Shown piece after piece: positions 61,096 through 64,000 of a DNA stretch of 64,000 nucleotides (positions within the stretch are counted from its first letter, which is position 1; each line of letters starts with the position of its first letter). Made by a program: the position numbers and the translations under genes. The notes below the pieces were generated by a model. It saw nothing but the letters and a program-made list of their open reading frames with translations, was not told where the DNA came from and did not search any database. The stretch is from Schmidtea polychroa (Eukaryota), in NCBI GenBank assembly GCA_044892525.1, contig CM097885.1:11286001-11350000 (forward strand), given 5' to 3'.

Positions 61096-63946
61096 TAGGA
61101 TGGAGTGAAAATTTTTTTTTCTTAATATCTTGTTTGGATAGCTATAAAAACTTGGTAACACATGCAATTAGTAATGTGGCAAACAATTAGACAATTTAAA
61201 GCATATCTTGAGGTTCCACAATTGACCTAAAGTATAGGCACATTTCGATAAAAAAGCAATAATCTTTAAAAAAAACATTTTTTTATAAGTAACATATTTA
61301 TGTTATGGTTTAACTTTTTAACAGTCTGTACATAACATTACAAGTAATAAGAACCATATCTGTGAAGGGAAACCACATGCAAACTGTCTAACATGTTTTT
61401 ATAACTACAAATGATGTTGGGCTTTGGTGTCCAGTTTTGGCATTTTCAATCTCGATTCCAAGCGTGCTCTAATGAATCCGTCGCGTTTTTCTGGACCACA
61501 CACCATTTCGGATGCTTCTGTCACTAGCTTGATATGTCTCTCTACTGCCTGGGTGTGACAAGGATAGCGGGCGAAATCCAGTCTTGGCGTTTCTTCTTCC
61601 CGGATCATGGTTAACAAAGTATCTTCGTCAATGTCCACTACGATTGGAGGCTCTGTGATCGGAGTTTTCTGCCAATCGATCATGTCTATGTAGCTAGTAG
61701 CTTCAAAGTTGATTACTGGCACGAAGAAAGATCTAACTGAAGTCGTACGTTTCTGCTTTCTGGATTTCAGTATGCGTCGCAGAGCTAACTCGCGTATATC
61801 TGATCTTTCATCGGTAAGCATCGCAAGCAACAGATTTTCTGGATGACTAAAGAATGCGTTGCGTTGAATTACCGGGTCAACAACTTTCTTCAGCTCGTCT
61901 GTGAGGTAGCGTGATTTCAGTATCGTACTGTGGACATGTCGAGCGCCGTCTTTACACGAAGGGGTATTCTTTATTTCAAACCATGCAGGTGCATAAACTG
62001 TTACGATGAAGGTAGCAAGCGTCTTTAGTTCATCCGACGGGCTTCTTGTGGCAACATACAGACGTAGTATGCGATTAGCCGTGGTTAACCATCTCGAATG
62101 GTTGATAAGACCAGGATTGCGAAGTGAATGGTCGACAGGACAAATACCAACACTTACAGCAGTACACAAATCGAACAGGTATTTCTGATCTGTACTTAAA
62201 TCGTCGGAATTTGCACTTGACGGTAGAACACAGTTTATCGGCATGTAGTCAACGATGGGAAGCTTCTCACAATTCAACAATGACTTTCCAATGGGACCAG
62301 AAAATCCTTTTGGACCATTGGTAGGTCCATCGAGATACTGAAACAAATGTCTTAACGGTAATTCGTTTGCATGCAACTGACATACGAACCACTGTAGCGG
62401 TCTGTGTAACGTCACTTCAAGTAATCGAATGATGCCTCCTCGAATGCCCGTATTAGTGGCTGTCCCATCACAACCTATTGCTTTTATGCCACTCGTGTCA
62501 ACATTTCTTTTATTCAAATATGCAATCAACTCAGCCGTGATAACTTTGCTTGACCCTGCAGTTGGTGTAATGTGACCGAAATATGTAGCTCCTGGTTCGG
62601 CTATAATCGATATATGTTCTTCAGTTATTATTTTCCGATGAAATTTACCATCGCATTCTTTAATTTGGGTCATTGTATTGTCTTTTCTGCCGTCAAAATA
62701 TAACCCAGTGATTGTGTTACTGACTTCGGCACATAATGCGCCACGCTTATTACAACGTTCTCGACGCACTTTACTTCTGTCAATCACTTTAGAAACATCA
62801 TGTTCGTGGATTATTCCAACATCTTGAAGAACAGCACTGGCGATTCCTGCTGCCGCCCTGTCGGATACGCCATGTCGATCACACGCTAAAGCCAACGACG
62901 GTAGCTTAACTCTCATCTGCTTGTCATTCAATTTTCGCGGTTGTTTAATTTGGCTTATACAATCGTCATCAGAGTCATCATCGCCGGTATCCATTTCCTC
63001 TTCCATTCCAGAAATCTCGTCACAGACATCCGACTGTTTATCACCGATGTCATCAATGGCAGATTTGGTACACATCTGCCTCTGTGTCGACTCTTTACGG
63101 ATATACCGCTTTTGTAATATACTGGATTCAAACTCATCAACTCCAGCTATGATCATACAGCGTGAACCCCGCTGATCTTCTAGAAAGTCACGTTCAATTG
63201 TGGGTATCTTTCTTGACTTCTCACAGTGACACTGAGACATACAAGAGCACTTGCAGGAGCAAATGTCAAAGAGTTTAATCGATTCATCTTTAAACTGCGA
63301 TATTTTCTCTCTGTATGGTTCTGAGTCCTTCCTAGATTTATACGGCTTCAGCAATTTCATGAACGTCTTGTGGTACACGTTCAACATTTCATGAACACGG
63401 CGGTGGCTTACATGTGGTATGGAAGCTTTGTCCCATATTTGTTCTACTTTCATTGACACTGTTTCTGCCACGTTGCGATGTGAAGGATCTTTATTGGTCA
63501 ATTCGCATTTCAGTCTCTGCTTTGTCAGGTTGTAGAATTTCATAACATCTGCATAAGTCGGTAGTTGATTGTCGGGCATCTCGGATGGACCACCAAAGAT
63601 GACACAAGACACTTTCTTTCTGGTTACAGCCATTGCAACTCTAAAAAGGAAAACCAGAGGCATTTAAAATCCATAGTGTATGGGTGGCAAATATTTTGCT
63701 ATTAAAAGTAATGAAAATATTATTTAAATGCCATCAATGACTTCAATAATATGTCAATAATAGCAAATACATTATCGTTTTCTTATCAATGGTTACATTT
63801 TAAAGTTGGTTGTGGAACCTCAAGACATTATTTAAATTATTGTTTTTCTTTACAGAGTACTTCATTGGACCTCATAGCAAGTTTTTATAACTATCCAAAG
63901 TCTACTAAGTCAAAAAAATTTTTTCGGTCATTTTCACTCCACCCTA
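61096..63946 (-). mobile_element. hAT-superfamily (hATm-like) DNA transposon, 2851 bp
   Basis: TIRs TAGGATGGAGTGAAAA and TTTTCACTCCACCCTA; 8-bp TSD ATAAACAA at 61088-61095 and 63947-63954; subterminal inverted blocks. Confidence 0.93.
61405..63663 (-). CDS. DDE transposase (hATm-like), intact
   Basis: YFDGRKD, GCDGTATNTG, CQLHANEL, HSRWLTTA and HTQAVERHIK motifs. Confidence 0.9.
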   Translation of the reverse strand: MPLVFLFRVAMAVTRKKVSCVIFGGPSEMPDNQLPTYADVMKFYNLTKQRLKCELTNKDPSHRNVAETVSMKVEQIWDKASIPHVSHRRVHEMLNVYHKTFMKLLKPYKSRKDSEPYREKISQFKDESIKLFDICSCKCSCMSQCHCEKSRKIPTIERDFLEDQRGSRCMIIAGVDEFESSILQKRYIRKESTQRQMCTKSAIDDIGDKQSDVCDEISGMEEEMDTGDDDSDDDCISQIKQPRKLNDKQMRVKLPSLALACDRHGVSDRAAAGIASAVLQDVGIIHEHDVSKVIDRSKVRRERCNKRGALCAEVSNTITGLYFDGRKDNTMTQIKECDGKFHRKIITEEHISIIAEPGATYFGHITPTAGSSKVITAELIAYLNKRNVDTSGIKAIGCDGTATNTGIRGGIIRLLEVTLHRPLQWFVCQLHANELPLRHLFQYLDGPTNGPKGFSGPIGKSLLNCEKLPIVDYMPINCVLPSSANSDDLSTDQKYLFDLCTAVSVGICPVDHSLRNPGLINHSRWLTTANRILRLYVATRSPSDELKTLATFIVTVYAPAWFEIKNTPSCKDGARHVHSTILKSRYLTDELKKVVDPVIQRNAFFSHPENLLLAMLTDERSDIRELALRRILKSRKQKRTTSVRSFFVPVINFEATSYIDMIDWQKTPITEPPIVVDIDEDTLLTMIREEETPRLDFARYPCHTQAVERHIKLVTEASEMVCGPEKRDGFIRARLESRLKMPKLDTKAQHHL

Positions 63947-64000
63947 ATAAACAATACTATGTCAAATGGCATGGTTATCAAAACCCGTCATGGATATCAG

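Larger units (their letters stand above)
54743..64000 (+). mobile_element. Polinton copy 3 (inverted, close to copy 1, continues beyond the window)
   Basis: AGTAG terminus motifs, TIR genes, accessory module, ATPase, core and integrase. Several premature stops. Confidence 0.93.

Overview
AT-rich eukaryotic DNA with (AAT)n microsatellites and 34-60 nt introns; a planarian-like host is an inference only. One host gene is present: a multi-exon nucleoporin NUP205 (12051-22896, +) with a decayed duplicate of its last two exons. The rest is nested mobile DNA. (1) Three Polinton/Maverick copies: a decayed one (1-~9790), a complete one with TIRs and a 6-bp TSD (26112-41288), and a partial inverted one (54743-end) whose integrase is interrupted by an intact hAT transposon (61096-63946, 8-bp TSD). 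Besides pPolB, integrase, ATPase, protease, major and minor capsid and core proteins, these Polintons carry a TBP-like gene, a spliced Bcl-2-family gene inside the TIR, a possible SSB, a secreted coiled-coil gene and several spliceosomal introns. One intron is a pure (ATT)n tract inside the integrase core. (2) A decayed giant Ty3/Gypsy element (minus strand, ~44.5-54.7 kb) ordered UBL-UBL-Bcl-2-like-chuvirus-like glycoprotein-PR-RT-RH-INT-FN3/TM, followed by a DEDDh exonuclease. A long LTR with PPT, split by the complete Polinton, lies at ~24.1-26.1 and 41.3-41.5 kb. All family calls come from motif recognition by eye; no searches were run.
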